Shown piece after piece: positions 12,023 to 24,590 of a stretch of 64,000 nucleotides of DNA. Position 1 is the first letter of the stretch; the number at the start of each line of letters is the position of its first letter. The stretch comes from Chiloscyllium plagiosum. Its lineage: Eukaryota. The DNA lies in assembly GCF_004010195.1 (NCBI RefSeq), contig NC_057757.1, forward strand, positions 279,794-343,793. The letters are read 5' to 3'. The translations under genes were made by a program, and so were the position numbers. The notes under the pieces were generated by a model that saw only the letters and a list, made by a program, of their open reading frames with translations, searched no databases and was not told the DNA's origin.

Positions 12023-12700
12023 TTAGTTCACTCTTGAGATGTGGGAGTCACTGGCTGGGTCAGCATTTATCACCCTAGTTGCCCCCCTTGAGAAGGTGGG
12101 GGTGAGCTGCCTTCTTGACCCGCTGCAGTCCATGTGCTGGAGGGTAGACCCACAATGTCCCTGAGGGAAGGAATCCCAGGATTCTGATCCAGCCACACTG
12201 AAGGAACAATGATATATTTCCAAGTCAGGATGGTGAGGGGCTCGGAGGGGAACTTGCAGGGGGTGGGGTTCCCATGTACCTGCTGCCCCTTGTCCTTCTG
12301 GATGGAAGTGGCCGTGGGTTTGGAAGGTGCTGCCTGAGGGTCTTTGGTGAGTTTCTGCAGTGTATCTTGTAGCTGGTACACACTGCTGCTACTGAGTGTC
12401 AGTGGGTAAGGGAGGGAGGGGATGTTTGTGCGTGTGGGGCCAATCAAGCGGGGGCTGCTTTGTCCCTGGATGGCATCGTGTTTCTTGAGTGTTGTTGGAG
12501 CTGCCCCCATCCAGGGGCAAGTGGGGAGTATTCCCTCACCCTCCTGACTTGTACCTTGTAGATGGTGGGTCAGGCTTTGGGGAGTCAGGAGGTGAGTTAC
12601 TGACTGCAGTATTCCCAGCCTCAGCCGTGCTCTTGTAGCCGCAGTTGTTATATGGTTAGTCTAATTCAGTTTCTGGTCAGTGGTAACCTCCAGGATGTTC
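12023..12700 (-). mobile_element. L2/CR1-clade LINE 3' fragment
   Basis: EYSPL..MGAAPTTLKKHDAIQ...ILTWKYI; the same tail recurs at 21943-22320, 29005-29330 and 55345-55620. Confidence 0.75.
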
Positions 12701-13179
12701 AGTACCTTGGATGGCAATGAAATGCAGGATCTCAAGTGCAGTAATCTCAGGATTGTATAAAGTGCTAGCGGCCATGAGAAACGAGGATCCACCGATTAAA
12801 TAGGTGGCTAGAGAACTGGTGTAGAAGGAAAGGTGTCCGATTTCTTACCAACTGGAACTGGTCCTGGGGCAGATGGGACCAGTACAAGATGGACAAGTGA
12901 CACTTGAATTGGATAGGGACTGATAAGCTCAGAGAGGAGTTTGCTTGTGCTGTTGGGCTGATTTAAGCCAGCTACTTACGGCAATAGGAATCGGGGGTGG
13001 GGGTTTACCCACATTGGAAGGAAGTGAAATTGGCAACAGGAAGTTATGAAAGTGTGTGGGAGACTGGCAGACCTGAGATACAAACCTGAAAGCAGAATTA
13101 TGTCAAAGAAAAGTCAAAGTTCAGGGTGCTCCACACAACATTTACAACTAGGTTGATGTTTGTGTCTTTAAAACAGATA

Positions 13180-13388
13180 AAGTTAAAAATCCCACAACAC
13201 CAGGTTAGAGTCCAACAGGTCTATTTAGAAGGACTAGCTTTCTGAGCATTGCTCCTTCATCAGGTACCTGAAGGAGCAGCGCTCTGAAAGCTAGTGTGCT
13301 TCCAAATAAACCTGTTGGACTCTAACCTGGTGTTGTGGGATTTTTAACTTTGTCCACCCCAGTCCATCACCAGCACCTCCAAACCATT
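13180..13388. mobile_element. Fold-back Penelope-type mini-element (family B)
   Basis: ~85-bp inverted arms centred on GGTACC (13263-13268); AACAGATA repeats at 13172-13179 and 13391-13398. Confidence 0.85.
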
Positions 13389-13402
13389 ACAACAGATAGA
13401 CA

Positions 13403-13812
13403 TGGGTATTTTTCACTGGAGCATAGCAGGTTGAGGGGTGACCTTACAGAAGATTATCAAATCATGAGGAATATAGATAGAGTTAATGGTAGGTGCCTTT
13501 TCCCTCGGGTGGGGTTTTTAAGACTACAGGGCATACTTTTAAGGTAAGAGGAGAGAGACTTAAAAAAGACATTGGGGCAATTTTTTACATAGAGCACGGT
13601 TCACATGTGGAATGAACTTCCTGAAGAAGTGGTGGATGTGAGAATAGTTACAATGTTTAATAGACATTTGGATCAGTCGATGAATAAGGAGGTTTGGGAG
13701 GGAAATGTGCCAGGAGCAGGCAGGTGGGACTAGTTTAGTTTGAGATTATGGTCAGCACGGACTGGTTGGGCCGAAGGGTCTGTTTCTGTGCTGGATGACT
13801 CTACGACTCGAT
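13403..13812 (+). mobile_element. CR1 3' fragment
   Basis: FSLEHSRLRGDLTE..IMR, WNELPEEVV and tail. Confidence 0.85.
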
Positions 13813-14324
13813 GATCTGGTTGTCATTACAGTAACAAAGTGTCATGGTGACCAGGACCGTGATGTGACAATCAAGGATATTTGACATTTGGACAGGGGCA
13901 GACAAGAAGGAAATGAAGATGGTGATGTACTGTTAATGAAGGGTTGGGAAGGGAGGATCAGTTGTGAGCAATCTGTTTGGTGGAGCTAAGAAGCAGCAAG
14001 GGTTTGGAGGTATTTATAAGTGACCTAGTAGTCGTGGTTGTGTGGGTTATGATATGGAAATGAAAAAAGCATGTCGCGCTCCAATTTGCATATCGACCGG
14101 TAAACCAACTGAGCACTAAAAGCGGTGGAGGACGAGGTTCCAGAATGTGTTTGGGATGGTTTACTAGAACCAACTTGTGGACCAGCTGTTTGAGATATCA
14201 TGTTCTGTAATGGGAAAGGGCTAATTAATGACCTTGTTCAGAAAGAACCTTTGGGGATGAATAACCATAATATGATTTTGTTTGAAAGTGAAGTACTTCA
14301 ATCTGCAGCAAGTTGTTAAATTTA

Positions 14325-14900
14325 TGGAGTCACAGAGGGCGACAGCATGGAAACAGACCCTTGGCCCAACATGTCCATGCTGCCCAGCTTTCACAATTTA
14401 ATCAAGTCCCATTTGCCTGGGTTTGGTCCATATCCCTCCATACCTATCTCCTCCATGTACCTGTCTAAATGTTTGTTAAATGACAAAATTGTACTCACCT
14501 CTGCCACTTCCTCTGGCAGCCTGTTCCAGACACTCACCACCCTCTGTGTGAAACAATTGTCCCTCTGGACCATTTTGTATATCTCCCCTCTCAACTTCAA
14601 CCTATGTCCTCTAGTTTTAGACTCCCTTACCACGGGGAAAAGCTGTTGACTATATACCTTATCCATGTCTCTGATGATTTTATAAATCTCTATTAGATCA
14701 CCCTTCACACCTCAGGTTCCAGGGAAACATGTCTCAGCCTATCCAGCCTCTCCTTATAATGCAAACCTTCCACTCCAGGCAGCATCCTAGTAAATCTTTG
14801 CTGCACTCTTTCTAGTTTAATAATACTCTTTCTGTAGTACGGTGACCAGAACTGCCCGCAATATTCTAAATGTGGCCTCACCAAAAGCTTGTACAGTTGT
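14325..14900 (-). mobile_element. CR1 3' fragment
   Basis: ORF 14391-14708 KGDLIEIYKIIR...RVVSVWNRLPEEV. Confidence 0.9.
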
Positions 14901-14929
14901 ATTTCAATAAGGGAACATACAAAGCACTG

Positions 14930-15096
14930 GAAAAGCTCAGCAGGTCTGGCAGCATCTGTGAAGAGAAATCAGAGTTAACGTTTTGTGTCGGGTGAGGGTC
15001 AACGTTTTGGATCCGATCCACAAATGCTGCCAGACCTGCTGAGCTTTTCCAGCACTTTTAGTTTTTGTTTCTGATTTACATCATCCACAGTTCTTT
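14930..15096. mobile_element. Fold-back Penelope-type mini-element (family C)
   Basis: GAAAAGCTCAGCAGGTCTGGCAGCAT...ATGCTGCCAGACCTGCTGAGCTTTTC inverted arms; TSD AAAGCACTG at 14921-14929 and 15097-15105. Confidence 0.75.
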
Positions 15097-15657
15097 AAAG
15101 CACTGATTGGCCGAGGTGGATTAGGAAAATACATTGAAAGGTATGACAGTATAAACAATGGACAGTCCTTAAGAACAGCAGCTGTACATGACTTCACAGT
15201 GCAGATACTCAAACAAGGTCAATTGTAGCTAACAAAGAAACAAAGAGGACCAAGAAATTAGTAAGGAAAGGGAGAATAGAACGTAAATATGCTCTAGAAA
15301 AAACTGGACTGTAAAAAAGCTTCTGTGTACAAAAAGGAAACCCAGTGGGGTCAGATGGTGGAGAATCTGTGGGGTAGCATTGAGGAACCGCACGATGATA
15401 AAACCATAGTTGGAGTTATGTACAGGCCTCCAAACAGTAGTCAGGAGCTGGGGCTCAAGATACCTCAGGAGATAGAAAAGGTGTATAGGAAAGGCAAAGT
15501 CACAGTGATCACGGGGAACTTCGATCTGCAGGTGGGCTGGGAACATCAGGTTGGTGGTGCATTGCAAGAAAAGGAATTTGTGGAATGTCTTCCAGACGGC
15601 CTTTTGGAGCAGCTTGTGGTGGAGCCCACGAGGGAACAGGCCATACTGGATTTAGTG

Positions 15658-15765
15658 GGAGAAAGCTTCATTCCTGATGAAGAGCTTATGCCCGAAACGT
15701 CGACTCTCCTGTTCCATGGGATGCTGCCTGACAGGCTGTGCTTTTCCAGCACCACGCTCTCAAAC
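15658..15765 (+). mobile_element. Penelope-type mini-element (family A)
   Basis: Exact 13-bp TSD ACTGGATTTAGTG at 15645-15657 and 15766-15778. Confidence 0.85.
15670..15705 (+). ncRNA. Minimal type I hammerhead ribozyme-like motif
   Basis: ATTC-CTGATGA-A-GAGC-TTAT-GCCC-GAA-ACGT-C-GACT: conserved CUGANGA and GAAA boxes, stem II with one mismatch, palindromic stem III, GUC site. Stem I is weak. Confidence 0.6.
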
Positions 15766-18429
15766 ACTGGATTTAGTGTTGTGCATTGAGGCAGACGTGG
15801 TAAGGGAGCGTCAATGAAGGAACCTTTAAGAGACAGTGATCACAATATGATCGAATTTACTCTGCAGTTTGAGAGGGAGAAGATAGAATCTGAGGTAACA
15901 GTGTTGCAGCTGAATAAAGGCAATGAGAGAAGCACGAGGGAGGAGCTGGGTAGGACTGACTGGGAGAGGATCCGAGCAGGAAAGACAGTGGGACAGCAAT
16001 GGCAGGAGTTTCTGGGAGTAACTCAGGAGACACAGCAGAGATTCATCCCGAGGGAAAAGAAGCGTGGTACAGGGAGGATGAGGCAACCATGGCTGACCAG
16101 GGAAGGCAGGGATAGCATCAAAGCAAAAGAGAAAGCATATAATGTTGGGAAGGGCAGTGGGAAACCGGAGGATTGGGAAGCTTACAAAGACCAATACAGG
16201 ACAACAAAAAAAGAAATAAGGAGGGAGAAGATTAAACGAGGGTACGCCAGCCAGTAATATAATGGAAGACTGTAAGACTTTCTTTGGATATATAAGGGGC
16301 AAAAGTGGCCATTGGGCCGCTGGAAAATGATGCTGGAGAAATAGTAGTGGGGGACAAGGAAATAGCTGAGCAACTGAATAATTACTTGGTGTCTGTCTTC
16401 ACGGTGGAAGACACGAGTAATATCCCAAAAATTCAAGAGAGTGTTGGGGAAGACCTAAGTATGGTGGCCCTTTCCAAGGAGAAGGTACTAGATAAACTGA
16501 ATAGCCTGAAGATGGATAAATTACCTGGACCAAATAGACTGCATCCGGGATTTCGAAGGGAGATAGCTGTTGAGATAGTGGAGGCGTTAGTGGTGATCTT
16601 CAGGAATCACTAGAATCAGGGAGGATCTCAGAGGATTGGAAACTCACTAACATGACACCACTGTTTAAAAAGGGAGTAATACAAAAGATAGAAAATTACA
16701 GATCAATTAACCTAACCTCAGTCGTGGGTAAGATCCTGGAACCCATTGTGAAAGATAAGATTCCTGAATATTTTGGAAGTGTATGGTAGAGTAGGGAAAA
16801 ATCAGCATGGCTTCATCAAGGGGAGGCCATGCCTGACAAATCTGTTCAAGTTCTTTGAGCAAGGTAGGCCAAGGAGAGCCAATGGATGTTACCGACCTGG
16901 ACTTCGGGAAAGCCTTTGACAAGCTGCCGCACAGGAGGTTGCTGAGTAAGATAAGGGCCCCAGGGTGTCAGAGGCAAGGTGCTAGCATGGATTGAAGCTT
17001 GGCTTGTCTAGCAGGAAGCAGAGAGTCGGGATAAAAGGCTCCTTCTCAGGATAGCAGCTGGTGACAAGTGATGTTCCACGAAGGTCAGTGTTGGAACCAC
17101 AACTTTTCACTTTATATATTAATGATCTGGATGAAGGAACTGAGAGCATTCTGGTGAAGTTTGCAGATGATACAAAGATAGGTAGAGGGACAGGTAGCAT
17201 TAAGGAGGCAGGGAGGCTGCAAAAGGATCTGGACAGGTTAGGAAAGTGGGCAAAGAAGTGGCAGATGGAATACAATGTGGGAAATTGTGAGGTCATGTAC
17301 TTTGGTGGGAAGAATAGAGGCATGGACTGTTTTCGAAATGGGGAGAAAATTCAGAAATCTGAAGTGCAAAGAGACTTGGGGAGTCCTAGTCCAGGATTCT
17401 CTCAAGGTAAATCTTGATGCAGTAGTTAGGAAGTCAAATGCAATCATGGCATTTATTTTGAGAGGATTTGAGTATAAAAGCAGGGATGTATTTCTGAGCT
17501 CTATAAGGCTCTGGTCAGACCACATTTGGAGTATTGTGTGCAGTTTTGGGCCCCGTGTCTCAGGAAGAATGTAATGGCCCTGGAGCGTGTTCAGCGGAGA
17601 TTCACGAGAATGGCCCCAGGAATGAAAAGCTTAACATCTGAGGAATGTTTGAGGATTCTAGGTCTATATTTGATGGAGTTTAGAAGGATGAGTGGGGGAT
17701 CTAATTGAAACATACAGAATACTGAATAGCCTGGACAGAGTAGATGTTGGAAAGATATTTCCATCGGTAGAAGAGATAGGACCCGAGGGCATAGCCTTAG
17801 AGTAAAGGGAAGTCCTTTTAGAATGGAGATAAAGAGAAACGTCTTCAGCCAGAGAGTGGGGAATCGATGGAATTCACTGCCACAGCAGGCTGTGGAGGCC
17901 AGTCGCTGAGTATATTTAAGACGGAGATAGATAGGGTCTTGAGTATCAAGGGGATTAAGGGTTATGGGGAGAAAGGGAGAGAATGTGATTGAGAAACTCA
18001 TCAGCCATGATTCAGTGGCAGAGCAGACTCGATGGGCTGAATGGCCATCCGATGTCTTATGGTAAACATTTGGCTGAAATGAATGCCGGTCTATCCCGGG
18101 CAGATTCAGAGGAATTTATAAAAGGGAATAGAGAAATGGCAGGAAGTTAAATGATTACAATATGTCTATTTTCATTGAGGAAGATACCAGAAATCTCTCA
18201 GGTCCAAAGATCCATGTGGCTGAGGAGAATGAAGAGTTGAAGGAAATGAGTATTGTTCAAAGGATTGTAATGGAAATTAATGGGGCCAAAATCCCTGGGA
18301 GTTGGCATGTGTACATTCCAGAGTGTTGAAGGATGGGATAAGTAGACACCTTGTAGATAGTGATCTGAATGGGCAGATTCAACATGAGTTTGCAAATGGG
18401 AATCCACGTTTGACAAACTTATGGAGTTA

Positions 18430-18808
18430 TACCAACACGGAAACAGACCCTTCAGCCCAACTCATCCAGGGTGACCAGACATCTCAATCTGAGCTAGTCC
18501 CATCTTCCACCACGTGGCCCATATCCCTCTAAACCCTTCCTGTTCATATACCCATCCAGATGCCTTTGAAATGCTGTAATTGTACCAGCCTCCACCACTT
18601 CCTGTGGCAGCTCATTCCATACACACACCACCCTCTGTGTGATAAAAGGTGTCCTTCAGGTCCCTTTTAAATCTTTCTCCTCTCACCTTAAACATATGCC
18701 CTCTAGTTTTGGACTCCCTTATCCCAGGGAAAAGACCTTGGCCATTCACCCTATCCATGCCCCTCATGATTTTATAAACCTCTATCAGGTCACCCCTCAG
18801 CCTCCAAG
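18430..18808 (-). mobile_element. CR1 3' fragment
   Basis: Standard HER1-like C-terminus and tail on the minus strand. Confidence 0.85.
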
Positions 18809-18981
18809 AGTCGATGGATGTGGTCTACTTAAATTTTCATAAAAGTACCACAGGAGACTGGTTAGAAAAATGAAAATACATGGCATAGAAATTAATGTAC
18901 TGGCAAGGATTAATGATCATTTTCTGTATGTTAGACAGAGAATAAGAATAAATTGGTCATTCTCAGGTTAGCAGGTTGGGG

Positions 18982-19292
18982 CTATCTGTCTTCACTCATG
19001 GTGGTTTGTGAATCAGGAAGCTGGAGATCCCAGTTGCAGAGGGCAGACCCGGGCCCTAGAATCTCGGAGTTTTGAGATTCGTTTGGTTTGGATTATATTG
19101 TTGAAGGCAGAGTTGTTGTTGCTAAGTAGGAACCTGATGTAGGTATCCTTATTATCCACATGTTCCAGGTATGCCTCACTCTGTCAAAGCACCCCATGAT
19201 CTCTATGTCCTCGTAGGGTATGATCTGCCTGTACTGCTCGCAAAACAAAACTTTTCACTGCACATAGGTGCATGTAACAATAATAAATCAAC
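18982..19292. mobile_element. Rex/Babar-like insertion with inverted 5' segment
   Basis: 18982-19169 minus strand encodes HVDNKDTYIR....SAFN.I (RT); 19170-19292 is the plus-strand 3' tail ending AATAAATCAA. Confidence 0.7.
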
Positions 19293-19454
19293 TACTGGGG
19301 TACTGCAAGGGTCAATACTTAGGCACTAGCTGTACATCATTGGTTGTATAGTTTGATTACAAACAGACTGAGGCCTCCTTGTCATTGAAGGCAAACATTC
19401 AGGTGCTGCAAGATATTCAGCAGACTAATGGGGTGTTAGTGTTTATCACATACA

Positions 19455-19915
19455 GTAGAGTCACAGAGTAATACAGCATGGAAACAGGTCCTTCAGCTTA
19501 AACTGGTCCATGCTGACCATGGTGCCCACTCAGCTAGTTCCAATTATCTGCCTTTGGTCCATTTCCCTCAAACCCTTCCCATCCATGTACCTATCTTGAT
19601 GTTTTTTAAATGTTGCTATTTTACCACTTTCTCCAGCAGCCCAGTCCATACACACACCACTCTCTGAATGAAGAAGTTGCCCCTCAGGTCTTTCCTAAAC
19701 GTTTCCCCTCTCACCTTAAACCTGTGCCCTCTAGTTTTCAATTCCCCAGTGCGGGAGAAAAAGGACTGTATGCATTCATCCTACCGATGCCCCTCATGGT
19801 TTTATAGACTTCAATAAGGTCGCCCCTGCCTCTCCTATGTTCCAAGGAATAAAGTCCAATCCTGGCCAACCTCTCCCTATAACTCAGGCCTACTTACCCT
19901 GGAAACATCCTCATT
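19455..19915 (-). mobile_element. CR1 3' fragment
   Basis: Minus-strand RGDLIEVYK and tail. Confidence 0.85.
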
Positions 19916-20441
19916 AAGAAGATTGGAGTCCTGGAGGAATCACGTCTTGCTTCGATGATACAGGAGATGGATTTGACCCCAGCTGGAGGGTCACTGTTTA
20001 GTTCTGGTATCCTTCTCTCTTTCAAGAGAGAGAAATTATTGCCACCGTCGGGGGGGTGGGCGCATGGAAGGTTCCCCAGCCCTGTTCCCAGGATGGTGGG
20101 ACTGTCCTGTGGAGAGAGATCGGACAAGCTGATCCAGTGTTCCCTCTACTTTCACAGCATGAGGGGTGATCCCATCAAAACGGACAAAATAATTAAATGG
20201 CATGGACAGAGGAGGTCCAGGTCAGCTGTTTCTCCAGGTGGACATTTCTGGACCAGGGAATACCCCCTTCAAACCCCAAGGGATGTCCCTGAGCTCCGTG
20301 ATCAGGAGAGATCATTCTCCCCCGAGAATGTCGAAGCTGTGAGGGCTCAGGCTTCGTGTCTATCTAAGGCAGAGATTTCTGATGCCCATTGGCGGCCAGG
20401 GTCGTGGAGGTGGGATGGGGAAAAGGCATTGAATTGTTCAG

Positions 20442-20568
20442 GCGAAAGTGAGTACACAGATGATGGAGATTAGAGTCAAGATTAGAGTGGTGCTGGGAAA
20501 GCACAGCAGGTCAGGCAGCATCCGAGGAGCAGGAAAATCAACGTTTCGAGCAAAAGCCCTTCATGAGT
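20442..20568 (-). mobile_element. Penelope-type mini-element (family A)
   Basis: Exact 14-bp TSD ATTGAATTGTTCAG at 20428-20441 and 20569-20582. Confidence 0.85.
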
Positions 20569-21950
20569 ATTGAATTGTTCAGTCAGCCACGATCATATCG
20601 AGTGGCAGGGAAGGCTTAATGGGCTGAATGGCCTACCGGCATGGACAGGTTGGACCAAAGGGTCTGTTTCCATGCTGTACATCTCTATGACTCTATGCTG
20701 TTCCTATTCTCCAAGTGATAATGAACAGGAACTTGCTGCCTGTGAGGGTAGTGGAATTGGATGCAGACTTGATTTGTATAGGAAATTGGATTGACACACT
20801 TTTAAAGGAAAAAAAAACAACTTGCAGAATATTGAGAGAATGGGGGATGGGACTGACTGGAGTGGTATATGCAGGGCTGGCCTGGATTCCACAGGCTGAG
20901 TGGCCTCCTTCTGTTCTATCGTGACTCTGTAACTCGAATGACAATCTTGTTCCCACTCACACGCCCACCTCGCAAAATAAAATGAGCAAATGACTGAAAA
21001 AGCTATTTCTGTAAAAGGTCCTGACTCAGCCTTGATCCTGCAACCTATGGAAAGACCTGGTGTGTGGAGAGATTACACAGTGACTGAGGGAGGGGGATGT
21101 GTGTAAACTGGGCTGTGTTAAGTTGGGGTGGGGTGGGGTTGCAGAGTCAGTGATGATGGAGTGTACATGATACTGTGCAGGAGAAATTGATAGATGGACT
21201 TAACTCACTAGATGGTGTCCCCATGGTTCTTATAAACGCTCTGTACCTAACTGCTGAGATGAATGATTTTGGCACATCTCATCCTGACATGTAGCAGGGT
21301 CCTATAACTGTGCCACCATCTGTTGTGACAGACCTGCATTGACTCGAGTCTCGCCTTTCGTGCTGCTCCTCTCATTGTAAGGTTCTTGTTTGTATGGCTT
21401 CTCTCTGGCAGCATCTCGAGACAGAGACAGAGAGAGTCCCGTTGAACTGGTCCCACCCCCGCCGTCCTGTAATTGCCGAATTGTTGCCAGTCCATTTGAG
21501 GCTGAATCAATCTGGCTGGTCAGCCTGCCGCACGAGCAGTTGTGGTGAGTTGTGAGAGCAGCCACTCTACCTGGGATCTAACCCAAACTGGGAGAGTCTG
21601 GGAATCACCTCAGTGAAGACTTCAATAATTATGAGAGAGAGAGAGAGCTGAAAACGAGGTGACTCTTGAACATCAATGTTTCATTCAACACTTCATCTGA
21701 GGGTCAAGATATTACCTGGGAGAGTGTCATGGTCAGACCTTTGTTCTGGATTGATAACATTACTCTAATGACCAGGGAGCACACAGTTGTGTTTCCAGGC
21801 ATTAAATGGGAAGCTTGCGCCCGTGAGAGGCTACAATCTTCAGATCTAAGCTGTTAATAGTCTACCTCTTTCCCTAACCCCCTGGCATGTGGGAGATATC
21901 TTGTGACAATCCTGCAGATCGGTGGTTAAGAGCTATTTAAGGGCAAGTTC

Positions 21951-22313
21951 CCCTCCAAGCCCCTCACCATCCTGACTTGGAAATATATCGCCGTTCCTTC
22001 AGTGTGGCTGGGTCAGAATCCTGGAATTCCCTCCCAAAGGGACATTGGATTGCAGTGTTCAAGAAGGCAAGGACAACTAGGAATGGGTAATTAATACTGG
22101 CCAGCCAGTGATATCCACATCCCACAGATGACCCTCCAAGCCCCTCACCATCCTGACTTGGAAATATATCGCCGTTCCTTCAGTGTGGCTGGGTCAGAAT
22201 CCTGGAATTCCCTCCCTAAGGGACATTGAATTGCAGCTGTTCAAGAAGGCAAGGACAACTAGGAATGGGTAATAAATACTGGCCAGCCAGTGATATCCAC
22301 ATCCCACAGATGA
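21951..22313 (+). repeat. 181-bp tandem duplication of a LINE 3' tail
   Basis: Copies start at 21951 and 22132, with a few substitutions and one indel. Confidence 0.9.
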
Positions 22314-22429
22314 ATACATTTTAAAAAACAGCTGATACTAATCTATCACTTATTAGAACATACCTGACCCCCTGAGACATGGGCACGACCAGCTTCATGT
22401 GAACTCCAACCCTGGCAAAAAAAATAGAG

Positions 22430-22810
22430 AAGACTCTGCATTTCAGCAGCGCCATTCACATCCTCCAGACACCCTGAAGCACATCGTGGTCAATGAAATG
22501 TGGTCATTGTTGCAGCTGGGGGAAACGCAGCAGCTAGTTGGAACAAAGCAAGATCCCACAGACAGCAATCAGAGAGTGACCAGATCAATATGTTTTCATT
22601 GATGGTATTTGTGAGATGAATATTGGCCAGTATGCTGAGGAGTACTCCCCCACAGCCCTCAACCTCCTTTTAGACCTTGCTGGCTGACTAGGCAGGACTA
22701 GCATCTCAAATGCCAAAAAGCGCCATTGGCAGTGCTGCTCTCCCTCGATATTACACTGCTGTGTCCGCCTGCATTATTGTGCTGCAGTGGACATAGGGAG
22801 CTACCCAGAG
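22430..22810 (-). mobile_element. Decayed Deu-domain SINE (SacSINE1/AmnSINE1-like), single seed unit
   Basis: Contains AGCAAGATCCCACA, AATATTGGCCAG and one GGCAGTGCTGCTCTCCCTC seed. Confidence 0.65.
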
Positions 22811-23699
22811 TCAATGGCCTTGCAATGAGAGTTTAATGTCGAGGCTGGGGGAGGGTGAGGAGTTGCTGAGAAGGTCAGGTTACTGAGCTGTGACAAACTG
22901 AGGATTCAGAGGATTGAGAGCAGAACGCAATGACTGAAAACTGGGAACTGTACCCCTGACTTCACTGAAGAGGGCTTCCTGCATTGAGGAGCTGCTGTGG
23001 ATCCGATTGGATTACTGTGGATTTGGAAATATGGGGTCTGACACCTACAGACCTGTTTCAATTTCCAGCTGTGGCTGGTTTTCCTGCAAATCCCTGACCA
23101 AAAACAGTGCCTGTCTGTGTAAAGATTGTAAACGGGCAGAGTTTTCAGGAAATAAATCTGCTCCATTCTCTCCCGGGACAGGAACAGCACACAGTTATTA
23201 GATACAGTGATATAGCCCTGTCTACACATTTAAACAGAAAATAAAGCTCTCTCTACACTATCCCCATCAAAAACCTCCAGCACAGAGACAGCATAGGGTT
23301 TGATACTCTCTTAAACTCGAGGTAAAGCTTTCTTAACACTGGCCCCATCAAACACTCCCAGGCATTAGATACAGCATTGGGTTCATTACAGAGCAGCATT
23401 ACCTCAGTGCCAACCCTCCAACAGTGCCCTCTCCCTCAGCACCAGCCCTCCCTCAGCACTGACCCTTGACTAGACATGGGAACGTGCTTGGTAATTGCAG
23501 AGAAGTAAAGGGGACATGGAGTGGCAATTATGCTGCTATGGATGAATCAGAGAGGGTGGAATCAGACATAATAATGTACAGGCATTGATAAAAGTGAACT
23601 TGGGTTAGAATGTGGACATGTTGCTTTGGAAGACAGAGACACTTAAGCAGTTCAGTGCCACTCAGCCGCAGTTTGACAATCTGATTGTTTATGAACTTG

Positions 23700-24300
23700 T
23701 CAGGATTTCCTAGATTTGTGTTCCTCCAATTCCAGCCCCTTGACCATCCCCCAATTCCCATCACTCCAACATTGGGGGCCGTGCCTTCAGCTGCCTGGGC
23801 TCAGGAACTTCCTTCCTAAACCCTCTCCACCTGACTCGCTATCTCTGTCTGTCTGTCTGTCTGTCCTTCTATCTCACACACTGTCTCTCTTTCTCTCTGT
23901 CTGTCTGTCTATCCTTCTGTCTCACACACCGTCTTTCTATCTCTGTCTGTCCTCCCTCACACACTGTCTCTCTATCTCTGTCTGTCCTCCCTCACACACC
24001 GTCTCTCTATCTCTGTCTGTTTGTCTATCCTTCTCTCTCACACACCGTTTCTCTATCTCTGTCTGTCTGTCCTTCTATCTTACACACCATCTCTCTTTCT
24101 CTCTGCCTGTCTGTCTCTCTGTCTTCTTTAAGACACCCCCTAAAACCGACTGATCTGACTGAGATTTCTTGGCCGCCCAGTCCCTCATATTTCCGTATGT
24201 GTCCGGGGATTGTACTGTCGGATGACCGATTCGTGTGAGGTGCTTCGGCTTGGTTTCTGCCATGTTAAAAAGGTGCTATCCAAATGCAAATGGATGTTGC
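23700..24300 (+). mobile_element. L2-like LINE 3' end with expanded CT-rich simple repeat (23835-24125)
   Basis: GGCCGTGCCTTCAGC...CTAAACCCTCTCC...CTTTAAGAC...AGGTGCTATCCAAATGCAA tail; an opposite-strand copy lies at 26350-26505. Confidence 0.65.
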
Positions 24301-24313
24301 TATGGTGGCCCTG

Positions 24314-24590
24314 TGACGTCAAAGGAAACCCATCGATGCGGACGCAGGTTCTGAACGAGTGTGTGCTCCATTTTCTGAATTTCCCAGCCTCGGAGGGAGT
24401 GATACGATGGGTTTTTTTTTGCCTTCATGTCTTGAAAAGGCAAAGCACAGTGTACCCTTTCCTTGCCGCCCACCCCTACGCCAAGTGAAGAATTCTAACT
24501 TTTTTTTAATGTTTATTACTCATCTACAGTGTTGGTCTCTTAGCAACTAAACCATTGGAGCCCACTCATTACCATGGCAACAAGTTGCCG
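24314..24590. promoter_or_regulatory. Candidate intronic enhancer/promoter (CRE, GC box, X-boxes, CCAAT)
   Basis: TGACGTCA 24314-24321; GCCGCCCACCC ~24465; GTCTCTTAGCAAC ~24535-24547; CCATTGG ~24552; ATTACCATGGCAAC 24568-24581. Confidence 0.4.

Larger units (their letters stand above)
15340..18062 (+). mobile_element. CR1 LINE ORF2 (endonuclease C-half, RT, 3' end), frameshifted
   Basis: VGVMYRPPNS, ITGNFD, EQAILDLV, SDHNMIEF, QPWLT, FADDTK, EYCVQFWAP. Confidence 0.95.
11830..20640 (+). mobile_element. Old near-full-length CR1 fossil, fragmented by many nested insertions
   Basis: Collinear remnants: ORF1 IVVHIGTND (~11950), endonuclease DLVVIT (~13812), LAEVD (~15107), linker (~18065), MDVVYL (~18815), GVLQGSILG (~19297), 3' end ~20640. 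Confidence 0.7.
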
